From assembly GCA_964252035.1 (NCBI GenBank), contig OZ176200.1: a stretch of 64,000 bases of DNA. One strand, 5' to 3'. Numbering within the stretch: the stretch's first letter is position 1; every line of letters begins with the position of its first letter. The translations under genes and the position numbers were made by a program. Positions 50,066 to 63,735 of the stretch are shown piece by piece. The notes beneath the pieces are model-generated. The model did not search any database. It was not told where the DNA came from and saw only the letters and a list, made by a program, of their open reading frames with translations. Source of the stretch: Podarcis erhardii. Taxonomy: Eukaryota.

Positions 50066-51514
50066 AGTGGTTACATAGTGGAGGAATCACACTTTTTAAC
50101 CCCACTGCTATGCCACAGATGTTATGTGCGCTCCTAGGATTCAGTCCTCCATCCCTCCATGAATTGAACAAAACTGGAGCTGTTGAGGTGCTCAGGCTAG
50201 CCACCCCGCTGCAACTGTGCCCAGCAACACACTCCCTGCTGTCTGCATAGTAGGAGCAATCAGGATGGACCCAACTGATATTACGATTTCTCTTTTGTAT
50301 GGAAAAATTCTATGTGCATGCATTGGTATTCACAGAGAGCCCCTTCTCAACTATGCCAAATGTGCAGACTGTGGGGATTTATTGCCCCCAGCTGTGTTGG
50401 TTGTGGGCAGGGCAAACCCCTACAGCACCACAGCCTGCATCCTGCATTCTTTCATGAAAGCAGGAGTGGTGGTGGTGGGATTGTGCTGCAGTGGACCACC
50501 CTGCATTGACTATGCAGTGAGGTTCAGGACTTTATTGGGATAGAAGCCTAGTTTTCACAAATAGCAAATAAGATGGTAAATCTGTGCCTGGTCTGTGCCA
50601 CTTCATATAGCTCAGTTCCCCTCATACAAAAATTACTTCCACATAGGAAATCATAGATGTCAGGAAGATACCTCTTGTCTGGTCTTATCCCTGAGAGTTT
50701 TGCACGTTCACATAGATATTCTCCACTCACATACCATTTTATAATTTAATAGTTGTTCCTAATCAAAAATGTTTCCTAATCTTTAACACGAGCTTGTTTG
50801 ACGTTGGGGGGGGGGGGAGGGAATTGCAGGCGTTGTGAACTCCACTTCTTAACAGATGTCTTTCTCTCAGTATAATGCCAGATTTCCAACCATCTGCAGC
50901 TCTCTATTGAAGTCAGGATGGATTCCAGTTTTCTTGGCCTTTTCTTGTTTGCATCAAATACTAACAATGGGAATGTAGGGAATGCAGGTTTACTTCCCAA
51001 CTGGAATAGAAATGTGTTGCTTCTTTTCTTTCCAGAGACCAACATTCATCCTAAAGATACCAGATGTATGCCTTTTTAAGATTCCGCATGTTACATCATA
51101 CCTTTAGTTTCACATAGTGCATAATATTTAGAATATAGGTGTTTGGATATATGGCATAGAAAAGTATTGCTCTAAAGGTTTACTTTAAGTTTAACAATTC
51201 AGGGTGGGATTTCATTGTTCATTGAACTCAGGTTAATAACATTTGCAGAACTGCCAATTAAAGAAAAAGCTTGCTTTTTAAACCACCTTTCAGTATAGGT
51301 GGCCTATAGTGGTTTGTGTGAAAATATAAATTTATGGTGAATTGGCACAAGCTATTCTCCTTGGATCTGAGTTTATGGGATTTCTTTTGGCCTCTGTAGA
51401 TTTTATTTTTTTGCATATGTGCATTCTCAGTTTTTTGATCATGGACTGAAAGTCCAGGACCATATTATTAAAGTAGCATTATTCATCAAATGATATCTGC
51501 CCTATTGAATGCAT

Positions 51515-51896
51515 AGGTAAAAAAAGGTAAAAGACCCATGGATGGTTAAATCCAGTTGAATTCGACTATGGGGTGTGGAGCTCATCTCCGCTTTCAGGCC
51601 AAGGGAGCAGGCGTTTGTCCACAGACAGCTTTCCAGGTCATGTGACCAGCATGAGGAAACTGCTTCTGGTGCAATGGGAAATTGTGATGGAAGCCAAAGT
51701 GCACAGAAACACCATCTACCTTCCCACCTATTTATCTACTTGCACTGGTGTGCTTTTGAAGTGTTAGGTTGGCAGGAGCTGGGAAAGAGCGGCTCCTTTG
51801 TGGAGCTCAGCCCATTGTGTGATTTCAAACTGCCATCCTTGCGATTGGCAAGCCCAAGAGGCTCGGTGGTTTAGGCCACAGCGCCACTTGTGTTCC
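51515..51896 (-). mobile_element. Sauria SINE (more diverged)
   Basis: Reverse complement of the 32021 and 41485 copies; GGTAAA tail on the left. Confidence 0.85.
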
Positions 51897-53444
51897 ACAT
51901 GCATAACATATTTAGCAATAGAGGAGCAAATAAGTAACAACAAATGCTCTTTTCACAATCCAAGAGCAGTGGAGTAATGATAAATTCTGAAGTGCACAGT
52001 GGCTCTATAGCCACAGCCCCAATGGGTGTCCAAACATACAGACAACTGTGTTTGTTGGCCAATGCATACACACCCCACTCCTCAAAGAGCAGCAGTACAC
52101 CACATAATGCTCAATTTTAAAGGATTAGCTGGTAGTCATAGAATAATGAGCTGGCAAAGGGTAACAAAGTGCAATCCTATGGATAGTGATCTGACAATAA
52201 GCTTCATTGAATTCAGTGGTGCTTACCTTTTGACTACATAAATTCAACTTTTAAAACACATGGAGCTTTAACAAAAGGTCTTCAGCCAGCTGAAATGCAA
52301 CCTAATTAGATCAGCAAAGAATCTTTCATGGAAGCATTTACTCTTTAAAATGCTAGTATGAACTGGGAACCCTACCAAGGGAAGCACCCAGCCTTTGTTT
52401 TATTAGTTCACACATTTTTCGACTTTCTGTGTGCTAATCTGTCACAGACAGTGGTAAAACCTGAAAGCCTTGTTATCACCCCATTCACTTAGCAGAGTGA
52501 AGAGACTTTCCTGGTGCTCCTGCTGATCACATCATTGTGCAAAAAGGTCCTGGAGCTGCCCTTCCGCTGCATTCTTGCTCCATACACATTGCAATGTTGG
52601 AATTACACACATTAAGAAGAAACAAAATTGCATAACTGGCACAGCCCCCAAATGAGCCTGTAATGTTCAACAACAACAACAACAACAATAGCAACAACAC
52701 GTAACATGTCTACGTGCATTGCCATACAAGTGTCTCTGGAGCTGAAGTCCTCACCTGTAAAGGCTACTGCCTTAGTATCTCCAGATTCACCAGCAATGTC
52801 TTTTGCCATCTGATAGAAACTGGTAGAGGGAATCTCTGGACCCATTTTCCCTCAGAAGGGGACTGCCATCATTTCTGTCTTAGGGTTAAAAGTCAAGTCT
52901 TGGTAGGATGATTTCTTTTGATACAACCATTGTACGAGGTACAATAATCTTGTAGCCTTCCCTTTAAAATAGAATGTCCGAGAACGATTTTTCAGTTTTC
53001 TTTCTGAAATATTTTGCCCGCGCTTCTTAGGATTTACTGCTACTATCTTCAGGCTCATCCTCTCTTTCCATTATGTATGCAGTATTTTAGCAGTGGTGCT
53101 CAATTACGCAGCAGGGTGTATTTAATGGCACAGGCTATTTTAAAGAATTTACAGCTGGACTGGCTGCTGATTGCAAAGCACCGAGGAAGAGTTTAAGCTA
53201 ATACAAGCTTTAGAGGGAGCCATTTGTGGGCAAATTGCCTAGATAGTTTGAATATAAAACTAAAAATATTTGTTATAGCCCATCCATATGTGCTTGTATA
53301 AAGCAATTATACAGTTAATAAAAAATCTTTTGGAATTGGTATGACTGTCTTGCCAAAATACTAACTGATAGCAGGTTTTATTTTAAGATAGCCTATTTCA
53401 TTTTCACTAACTAATCTATCAGGCAGACATATACACTTATCTTT

Positions 53445-53645
53445 AGCCAGTGTGTTCAGAATGTTGGACTAGGACCTAGGAGACTAGGGTTCAAATCCCT
53501 CCTTGGCCATGTAGAATACAGGGTGACCTTGGGCCACTCACTCCCTTTCAGCCTAACCTACCTCATAATATTGCTTTGGGGATTAGATGAGGAAGGGGAA
53601 AACCAGGTAGCTTCTGGGAGGAAAGTTGGTATATGTAATCTATCA
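53445..53645 (+). mobile_element. Older tRNA-derived (MIR-like) SINE
   Basis: GGGTTCAAATCCC B-box, GGTGACCTTGGGCCA and CTAACCTACCTC core. Confidence 0.7.
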
Positions 53646-56029
53646 ATCATTTCAACTAGAATTTATAGACTTCTAAAGAAAAGCAGGCACATTCTGAGAA
53701 AGAGGTTGAAAAACGACAGTTTCTTTCACAGGGGAAGAAAACCTCTGAGCAATTTGAAGGGCAAATTTAATCACAGCACTGCTTAAAAGAGTTTTAACCC
53801 AATTACATCTGCTCCCTCTTCCTATGCACCATATTAAGATAAAGACCAATGCAGGCTTAACAGGTTGGATCCAAACTAACTCAGTAATGCTTTAGTTCCA
53901 TTGATATCAACAAGTCATGTTAGTCATGACTAACAAGTCCCCTTTATTTAAGTGAGGTTAAAGTATGACTAACCCATCTGAGTCTAACTATGACTTTTAC
54001 ACCAGCCTAACTACCTACCACTCTTTGCATCTAGCCTGATAAAAAGTTCTGGAGAATTCAGAAACTTGTTCACCATTCTGTAACTTTTTCTGACAATATT
54101 GCCCTACTGTGGGTTTTGGTTCAAAGTGCAAAGGAGCCATATGAGAAAAGTTGTTGAAGCCCCTTCAGGGAGCTATGTCCAATATTGTAAGTTGCTTTGA
54201 TGCTGTCAAGATAAAACCATTTTGATAACAGAAAACTGGTATAATTTAGATGAAAGTTCTGATGCTGTTTAATATTGTCCTCACTGAAACCTGTCTTAAC
54301 ATCAGTTAACATCAGTCTTAACATCAGTTAACTGATATCAGTTAAGTGGGAATTTTGGGGCAGTGTTAGGATTTTAGTGTTTAATAAAATCCTTCTATCC
54401 AGTGGATTGCAGTAAAATTTAGCTCCCATGCTCAATTGTAGGTTTATGCTTTAATATTTGGACTTTGTTGTGATAGTCTATATGAGGAAATATTGCAAAA
54501 AGAGTTGTAAATGCAAATGAAGCTCTACCCTTCAAATGAAGAACATATGTTAGTAAGAGCCGAGATTTAACTTTGTCTTTTTTGTGCTTGGGTTGTTTTA
54601 ATAAAGCTTGAGTGCTTCAAGTCATTATTTCATTTTGAAAATTAATCTGGAAGAAGAAAGGTGATTTAGAAACCAAATACATATTGTCCTTGCTTTTCAT
54701 GTTTTCATGGTCCAATTATCACTGCTATTTATATGCTGCTTCTTAGGATAACACCATTTCCCCTTTTTCTTTTTTGCATAACCTTGAAAACCAAGGATGC
54801 TGCAGACCAGAACATTGTTATCAGCTAGTATTAGTGGTTGTTGTTTCAATCAGAAAATATTAGTGGTCCCTGGTGTCCTCAATGAACAAAGGGTGTGGCC
54901 CCTTTCTGTCCAGAGAAGGCATACAGGCAGCAAATGATGTGGGTGAACCATTGCATGTTGACCTGTCCTGGAGAGATCAATGGTTATACATGGATACTCC
55001 TCATAATACCAAAACTGTAGGGCAGGGGGGGATAAGATTTCAAGGAGCCATCTTATGATCAATACTCTCAGGTCAGTGAAGTTGGGTTGCCTTGAGGCTT
55101 TTATACACCTTCCTATCCTTGTCTCTGATCTCCTGAACCACTGTCAAATCAGAGACAAGGAAGAAAAATAGTAGTGGAAATAAATAGGCCAATGTTACCA
55201 TCCCACCCTACAAATTCCTTTATTGACACCTTGTCACCTGCTAGTGCAGCACATTCTCCTCTGTTTAGCTAAATTTGCTTGACAGCAAATCCAGGTGGAG
55301 AGAGCTTCAGTTTTAAATCTGATGTCGTTACTTTCCAGGAGAAATTAACATGTGAGAGAGACTTGAGACAACATTATTTAAAACTTTTTGTTTTGAATTC
55401 ATTTTAAGGAGGCATTTAAATATACCTTTTGGCCTACAAACAAAACTACTTACAGTTCTTGATGCATCGCATGACTAGTCATTGCCAAAGAGCTGCTAAG
55501 GAGTGGGTTGCATCTTGCAGAAAGATTAGGATGTGTGATGTAACTAATGCATTTTCCACAGATTCTCCTCCGTTGGCATAGATACATATAATCTGAGCAA
55601 ATCTGCACTTAAATTGTTTTGGGAAACACTTTGAAATAATGAAAGGGCTGTGGCAGAACATTTAAACCATGCTCTGTGCAAATGTGCATAAATTCTTGGT
55701 TGCAGCCAAACTAATCAGGAACAGCAACATTCCTTTCAACGAAGAGAAATAGGTACTTATTTTATGTTAAGGCAGAGGTTGTCTACCCTTCTGGACCAGT
55801 GGGCACATTCTGAATTTTGAGAAAGTGCTGTAAGCACCCGTCACAGAATGATGGCTTTAGGGGCATGGCACAACACAAAACTAGACAAAATACAGTCATT
55901 GTCAGCTATGTCCTGCTGGTCCTGATTGTGAAGTTCACACAATATTGATTCTGCTAGACATACACAAAACTTGATGCTGTTACAACCTAATGACAACAGG
56001 GCACATTTTCCAGTACCAGTTAAAATATA

Positions 56030-56191
56030 AAAGGTGGCTTTACCGCACACACACTATCTTGCACTGGCAGCACAAAAACACATTCACCACACACATAGAG
56101 GCCACAGACATACATGCATCTCTCCCACTCCCAGATTCTCATATGCATCATGTATACACAGCCACACACACATCTCTTCCTCTCACCCAGA

Positions 56192-56236
<45 letters not shown>

Positions 56237-56290
56237 CCACACATTCATTCACCCTTTGCCCCTCTGTCTCTCTCAAACACTCTACACATA
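56030..56290. repeat. CA-rich low-complexity tract with (CA)n(GA)n core at about 56193-56236
   Basis: Seen directly. Confidence 0.85.
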
Positions 56291-56729
56291 AATACATGTG
56301 TGAATTTTGTACATTAATATGCATTTTGAACACTAAATCCTAAAATGCATAGACTTTCCAAAATGCTTGAAAAATTGTGAAGCCTAGTGAAGTCTGATCA
56401 GTAACATCCTGCCTGATGAACAGATGTGTATGTCTGGTAAGCTTCAATATAGTTGCACATCTGGTAGTCACTAGCAAACTGCATATCAAGTTAGGAAATA
56501 CTGTACTGTATACAGCTTTCAAGTTACTGAATTGCAGCTGCTAGGAAGTGCAAGACAGAGACAGTTCATGAGCTTTCAGTGGTATGGTAGAAATGCCTGT
56601 TCTTACACTATGTGAGAGTTTCTTACATTCTATGTCTATTGCTGCATTATCTTCAGTGCTTCTTGCATTATATATTAAAATATATTAAATATATATTTTT
56701 AATGGTTTTGACCTTTAAAGCCTTATGCA

Positions 56730-57075
56730 GCTCAGGATCCCAATACCTCAAGGGCCACCTCTCCCCATATGAATGAACCCAGACCCTGCAATTGTCATCT
56801 GGCACCCTTCTTTGTGTGCCCCCTCCTCAGGAGACTTGGTGGATGGCAACACAAGAATTGGCCTTTTCAGTGGTGGCTCCCTGCTTGTGGAATTGTCTCC
56901 CTGGAGAGCCTCACCTGGCACCATCATTGCATAGGTTTTAGGTTTCAGGCAGAAACATTTCTTTTTTTCCAGGCCTTTGGCTTTTATCTTATCTGTGGCA
57001 TCCTTGAGTGGATGGGATGTTTTGATCCTGCCTTTTAAAAACAGGGTTGCTTTGTTTTCTTTTATGCTGATTTTA
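56730..57075 (+). mobile_element. L2 LINE 3' region
   Basis: GGCCTTTTCAGTGGTGGCTCCCTGCTTGTGGAAT...CCAGGCCTTTG; same type as 10320-10480. Confidence 0.7.
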
Positions 57076-57109
57076 AAGTAAGTGTGTGTGTGTGGTAAAA
57101 AATACCCAG

Positions 57110-57216
57110 TCAATCAATCAATCAATCAATCAATCAACCTATGATATGGTTGTCATTATTATTTAATTACATTTCTATCTCACCTTTCCTCGCAAACAGC
57201 AAAACAGCAAAAGGAA

Positions 57217-57251
<35 letters not shown>
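57110..57251. repeat. (TCAA)n at 57110-57137 and (CA)n at 57218-57251
   Basis: Seen directly. Confidence 0.9.
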
Positions 57252-57256
<5 letters not shown>

Positions 57257-60200
57257 GTTACTCTTCATAAAAGATGGCCAAAGAAGGGTGGGGATGCTGT
57301 CCTCCTACAGTGACATTGCTGCCACTTATCAGGATGGTACCCACACAGCATAGGGTCAGAGTAGCAGTGCAGTTGAGGCTGAGTGGGTGCGCCAGTGGAA
57401 CCAATCTGCCCCTCCCACCAGTGCACCCATGCAGCCCTGACTTAACCCTTTCCAGCATTGTCTTGGTACCATGCAGTAGTAACATCGCTGGCAGAAAAGT
57501 GGCAACACAGAACCATCTTACTGCACAAGCTGCTCCTGCTCCCCACCCCATCATCATGAATGGGCAGAGCTGCAGCACACAGAATTATTATTATATGCCC
57601 GTCATGGTCTCACATTTGAAGTATTACTGTAGTGATGTGCAACACAACCATTCCAGAATAGCACCATCCTACTCAAACATTCTAAGATTGGGCCATTTTG
57701 GAGCTTGCAACAGAAGTGCAAGCTATAAGGCTGATAAAAATTACAGGTTATGCACAAGTGTGTGAAATAGTACCAAAACAGGAAATGCCACTTCATTAAA
57801 TGTGACAAGGACAGAGAAATGAAAGAGGGAGAAGAGAAGGTCCTTACCCTTTCCAAACTATCTTCTTCTGAAGCAGTTTTCTTTATATTTGAGTGTTGCT
57901 CTTGAGTTACTATAAAATGTGTTGCATGGAGTTTGACCCTGATGATTATAGAGCTTCTTGTCTCTAAGACTAGGCTCAGGAAGAAATGTGTTATTGTTAG
58001 TGTCTTATGTTTTAGTCAGTAGGTGGCACTGGACTTAGTTATAGCTTAGTTATAGAATTAGGAGTTTCCTCTTTGTGCTTTATTATTGTGCCGAGAAAAT
58101 AAAATTCTTGCCTGGCTACTTGGTTTGTTTGTTGTTATGGCTGAGTGAGCTGCATGAAGCTAGAATAACAGTATGAGAAACAGCGCTGTGAATTAGTGAT
58201 GAATGCTATGGAGAGAGGGACTGTTGGGGAGAAGGTGGTGGAAAGGATCTGCTGTTCTTGGTCATGTCAAGATTTTGTTATATTGCTGCTTTTTTGTTTT
58301 GTTTTTTGCTCATGAGCATTATCCATACTTGCTTTCTTTTGGATACCTGAGCTATGCTTTTGATGAAGGAACTTTTATTATCCTTCCTCCAACATAATCT
58401 TTGGATGGTATTAAATGGTTGCTTAAGATCTCAAAGAAGATATTCAATTACCCTTGCTTTATTCTGGTGATTGATACTTATGCAGTATTAATTATCTAGT
58501 TGAAAGTTCAAGCCAAAGCTCATTAACTGGGAAATAAGTTCCACTGAACGCATTTGGACTTAGGAGTTGACACACATGTACTTCTGTTTTTCAGTTTAGC
58601 CATCAGTTCAATCTTGTGCGTGCAAACAAGAATCATCATTGTTAAGCCATGGTTAATCCTATTTAAACCACAAGATATCACTAGTATCTGTGTAATTATC
58701 CAGATTCATTTCCATATCCTTTGCCACTTCAAAACAGCACTTACTTTCTGCAGAGAAGAATTTGGAATAAGATACTGATGATGTTGGTTGGAGGGAAGAA
58801 TCTTCAGATTTAATATGTGTACATTTAACTTACATAAAACTCCACATGTTTTACTGAGACCAATTAGTTCAACTTTATCCATTCTCAAATCCTTGTGATC
58901 CCTTTTAAGATACTTATATACACAAGAAGATCTCCCCCGTAGCGTCTTCATCTTCATACTGTATAGTCTTAAGATCATTATTGTGGTTCCCATTAACACA
59001 GCAAAGTCCTTCTACATGCCGGTTCAATCCTGAAGCTCTTCCCATTTCCTCCTCTTAAGCTTGTGCTGTGAAGGTAAGAGCCTCAAAGTGGACTCAAATG
59101 CCAGTTAAGTCCTTCAAGTTGGCTTTTTACCATGACATAATCATTCCTTCCGTCTTGTTCTTAAAATGTAGCTTTGACTGCCCTGCTGGAAGGCAGTTGG
59201 TTTCTCTTGGCATGGCAGCCATGTGCTCTGAACCCTTTACCTTTGGCAAGAATTCTGGCAAATAAGCTCCATCTGCATTGCAGTCAGAGTGCAGGCATTT
59301 GAGACCCATAAAAACTGGTTCAGCCCACCTGCAGTGTAAAATCCAGCAGCAATTGCAGCTACATTAGGCTAAGTAAGTAAAAGAGCTGCTTGAATTTTTT
59401 AAAAAATAATAATGTAAGGCTCTGATTGATTGACTGATTTTTGAAAAGACGAGCAGGATTTCAGTAAAAACTCCATGGGAAGTGTAAGGTTGTAAAGTAC
59501 TTGGAGTATTTTGTTATTGTCATGACCTAGTGGCATCAATTGTACATGCTAAGCTCTATGTCTCAAGCTCTATGTCCATCTCACATTGTGGACTACAGTA
59601 AGCCATAACTGTGATATTTGTATATTTAACTCAACAGAGAGGGGAGAGAGAACCCAGATGGGTATATTTTATATGAACTGTTATTCTTCAAAGGTTGGTG
59701 AAAGCCATTATTTTGTTGATGCCCCTCCCAGCTTCAGCCCATAGAACTATGCTTTAAAACTATTGTCAGATCATCAACAATAATCTAGTTTCAGCTGGCA
59801 AGAGCTTCAAAGGTACTTCATGACACTGAAACTAAACCTTTTGCATCAATAATTCCAGTATGCATCGTCCTAGCTTTTTCTACTTAGTCAGCTGTTCTAC
59901 TTATGTCCTGCCTGGCAGCCAGTCAGGTCTTTATTTTAAGTTTCTTGCTTCTCTGATGCCCTTCAGTTAGAATAGCTTAAAATTTGGCTCCTACTGGATC
60001 TCCACAGTAATGAGATTCATGATTTCCAGGTAACATCTGTTGAGATCTATGAGGTCCATTTCAACACCTTACTTCAAACGCACTGGGTACTCATGCTTCT
60101 GGAAACTATACAAAGGAAGTAATGTATGAACCACCTATAAGTCATCTTAAATGGACAAAGAAATAAATGTTAACGCGGAATGGAAAAGGCCCTGAAATTC

Positions 60201-60366
60201 TTCAAAGAGCATCTTCAGATGTTGCATTCCTGTGCAGGAATACCATGGCAATTTTTCACACTTTCTGTTCCTCCACAACAATGTCACATCTGAAATATAG
60301 TCTTGCATATCCCAAGGAAATCTGCAGGCACTCTCACAGGTATGGGAGAAGCAAAGGCTCTGTTGT

Positions 60367-60609
60367 GAGCCAGTGTGGTGTAGTGGTTAAGAGCGGTAGT
60401 CTCGTAATCTGGGGAACCAGGTTCGCATCTCCACTCCTCCACATGCAGCTGCTGGATGACCTTGGGCCAGTCACACTTCTTTGAAGTCTCTCAGCCCCAC
60501 TCACCTGACAGAGTGTTTGTTGTGGGGGAGGAAGGGAAAGGAGAATGTTAGCCGCTTTGAGACTCCTTAAAGGAAGTGAAAGGTGGGATATCAAATCCAA
60601 ACTCTTCTT
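60367..60609 (+). mobile_element. tRNA-derived SINE with L2-type tail
   Basis: GAGCCAGTGTGGTGTAGTGGTTAAG head; GTTAGCCGCTTTGAGACTCC...(TCT) tail; matches 17815-18028. Confidence 0.88.
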
Positions 60610-60641
60610 CATGGGGAACTGTTCAAGCAATTTCTATACAG

Positions 60642-60773
60642 CAGGGATGAGGAAACTGTAGCCCTCCAGATGTTGCTGTCCTCCAACTACTCCCACCAAT
60701 CCCAGACAGCTTAGCCAATAGTCAGGGATGGTAGTAACTATGGATTGAGAACATCTGGAGTTCCCCACCCCTA
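60642..60773. mobile_element. Short hairpin-type hAT MITE
   Basis: CAGGGATGAGGAA...TTCCCCACCCCTA ends; near-perfect 8-bp TSD CTATACAG / CTATATAG; related decayed copies near 12480, 13545, 20310, 40490, 46600 and 47030. Confidence 0.7.
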
Positions 60774-62714
60774 CTATATAGCAAAGTATCATTTGAAGCT
60801 ACTCTTAACATTCAGTACTTTAAAAGGGAATGAGCGAGAAACAGAGATCTTTTGGGGTCATCTGTCTGGAAACAACATACAGCAGTCTAGAAGACTTTCC
60901 CTTAATCCTTGATGAGTGATGACACAGAGTGTGGCAAATAGACTCTGAACATTTTTGGGGCACTTTTATCTATTCTTTATGTATTTCAGGAATAAGTTCC
61001 TGGAATTAGATAACTGGAGTTAGCAAGAGCCATACTGATTACATTGCTTACATCACACAGACTTTTGTTCCTGCATTCAAAATAAATCATGCTTCCCTAT
61101 GCGTTGAGTTATTGTGGGGACAAATGCATGTTCACTAGAATGGGTGTGCTTTTAGCAAGCCAGGGGTGGAGTGGGGGGTGGAATCAGCCCTTTCCATTCT
61201 TATCAACTCTCTTTTTCTTACCCAAAGTTCCTTCTTTCTCACCTGCCTACTGAGTTGCTGCTCCTCCATCTGTGGAGAGGAACAGAGCAAATCCCCCTCC
61301 AGCATCTGTATAACAGCACACCAGGTACCGGAGGAGGGAGCGGCAAAGATAATAGCTGGCAGAAGTATGGGATGAAGTAGGATGTTCATGGATAGGTTGG
61401 TGGTAGGGTAGAGTCATCCCATCCATGTTTATTTTTCCCTTGTTTTCTTGGAGAATGTTTAACCAATGCCCATGTTTGTTCTGGAGATATTCTGAGAAAG
61501 CTCTGGAGAACTTTGTGCTTTCTAAGATGATCTGGAGGAGTGCTTGCCTAGCATTGACCCTTTCTATGCTAAAGGTAAGAATGAGAATCAAATACGGTGG
61601 ATCCTTGTCAAAGCACCTCTCTCTCCTCCCTCAAAACATGACCAGCTGGAAGAATCTGGATATATTTATTGGCATTACTTTGAAATAGCTGACTGCCCCA
61701 GAACAGAAATCATAGTGCATATAGAAATAATAATTATTAAATGCTAAAGTGGCTGGAACCTTTTAAGGCTTAACTACTACTGCTGCTCAACACGAATATT
61801 TGAGGAGGAGTGTTAGGAGTCCTGGGTGGGGTTTCAAGGCATGCTTACTCTGAACCCCAACTCCAACGCTGGTTTCAGTACATCTCTGACAAAACATATA
61901 AATCCTTTGAACTTTTCTTCTTTGTCCCTGTAAAACTGAGGGACTGCTTTGTTTCATACAGTGATGAGAGCTTGGGGTATTTTTTTTAAATTATGCTTTG
62001 AAGTGAAAGGTCTTTACAATTACACATTCAATATATATAACACTACACACACCCAGCATTTTGATAATAAAATCCTCTCATCAACTGAAAATATCCTGTC
62101 TGGAGTATAATAACAGTGATTAGGAAATGGCTGTGTTAGAGCCTTTGAATTTTCATTCTTAATTTATAGCACTTACAGCTGATGTGGTAACCCCATGCTT
62201 GGCACTCAGCTGTTTCTAGGAACTTACAGATATTATTCTTTCATTTCTACACTTGTAGGATATTTAAGAGCCAGCCTGAGATGTAAGCATTTAATGGAGA
62301 CTTAACTTACTGAAGTCCCTTTGCCTCACAAGTCCATTGTCACTTCTTTTCCAGTTATACATTATCCTCATATGAATTCTGTGCTGTCAGCTTTTCTGAT
62401 GCTCTCAGGTTGGGGAACTCAATTCTTCATATGCTGGAGTTTGGTTAACTAATTAGAAGAACATTCTGCCAAGAGCTCCTGATTCAATCGGACAAAATTT
62501 GCTCAGAGTTGCTTGCCCTAGGCTATGAAGCAGAATTGTACATAGTTAGATGTACTTGCCTATGTAACAATGATGCAGGATATGTGTGGACCAAGTAGGG
62601 TGATGGGCAATCCATATACACATAGAAATGTCCCCAATAATTGAAATAGTTGTCCATACTACAGCTGTCAAATACTGTGTACCATTGCATGTTATCTATT
62701 CAATGCTGACAGAT

Positions 62715-63056
62715 TATCAACAACATGGTACCAATAAGTTAGTTAAAAGGAATATGAAGATAAATGAAGATATAAGAAAAGATAAATTTTGGATAAATAT
62801 TATGTTAAAATTAAGCTTGTAAGGTTTGGGTTGAATTATCTAAAATTAGGGATACAATATTAGAAAATTATAATATAAGAATTGAAACAGAGTGATAAAT
62901 TGCTGGGTAAAGCTCGAAAATTTGGAACGCAGGAACAAGAGATGCGAGGAAGTCCAAAGAAGTGAAAATGTGGATATTGAAAAATTATATGTTATATTTG
63001 TTTGTTTTTTCTACTGTATTAAGAAAATCTTTAATAAAATATTTATTTAAAAAAAA
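62715..63056 (+). mobile_element. L1-clade LINE extreme 3' end with TSD
   Basis: 13-bp TSD AATGCTGACAGAT at 62702-62714 and 63057-63069; AATAAA and poly-A; residual ORF2 end (KDKFWINIMLKL). Confidence 0.85.
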
Positions 63057-63457
63057 AATGCTGACAGATACTATATAGACCAGTGCATGTCACTGTGAAA
63101 CAATGTTGCATAGAATACCTAGTATCAGACTTGGCCTGAGACACTTCAGTTCAACAATAAGCTTAGTTGTGAAACTCACTGGTGACCTTCGGCAGTCACT
63201 TTCTCTCAGCCTTACCTACCTCAGAAAGTTGTTGTGAGGATATGATTAAAACACCTGATATTTTATTCATTCAGCCATATTGTAATTGGTTGTAGCCAAT
63301 AGTAGTTACAAAATACCCAGTATACCCTGAGCTCTTTGAAGTAACAACAGAAGACAAATGTTCCAGATAGAAATCAGACGAACACAATTGCATGTATTCC
63401 ATTGAATTAAAACTATCCCATTGCATGATTCTGTGGTTTTGTGAAGTTTTAGGATGC

Positions 63458-63498
<41 letters not shown>

Positions 63499-63735
63499 TT
63501 ATTATTTATACCCCATCCATCTGGCTGTGTTTCCCCAGTCACTCTGGGCAGCTCCCAATCGAGTGTTAAAAACAATACAGCATTAAATATTAAAAACTTC
63601 CCTAAACAGGGCTGCCTTCAGATGTCTTTTAAAAATAGCTGCTTATTTCCCTGACATCTGATGGGAGGGCTTTCCATAGGGCAGGCGCCACTACCGAGAA
63701 GGCCCTCTGTCTGGTTCCCTGTAACCTCACTTCTG
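63458..63735 (-). mobile_element. L2 LINE 3' end with (TTA)n tail
   Basis: (AAT)n followed by sequence colinear with 42458 and 49755. Confidence 0.87.

Noticed and set aside
55990-56343. His/Thr-rich and Cys/Val-rich ORFs
   Set aside because: They are translations of CA/GT low-complexity sequence.
58745-59060. Possible minus-strand start exon (MGRASGLNRHVEG...) or a 3-nt microexon before GTAAGT
   Set aside because: Several incompatible parses are possible and no homology was recognised.
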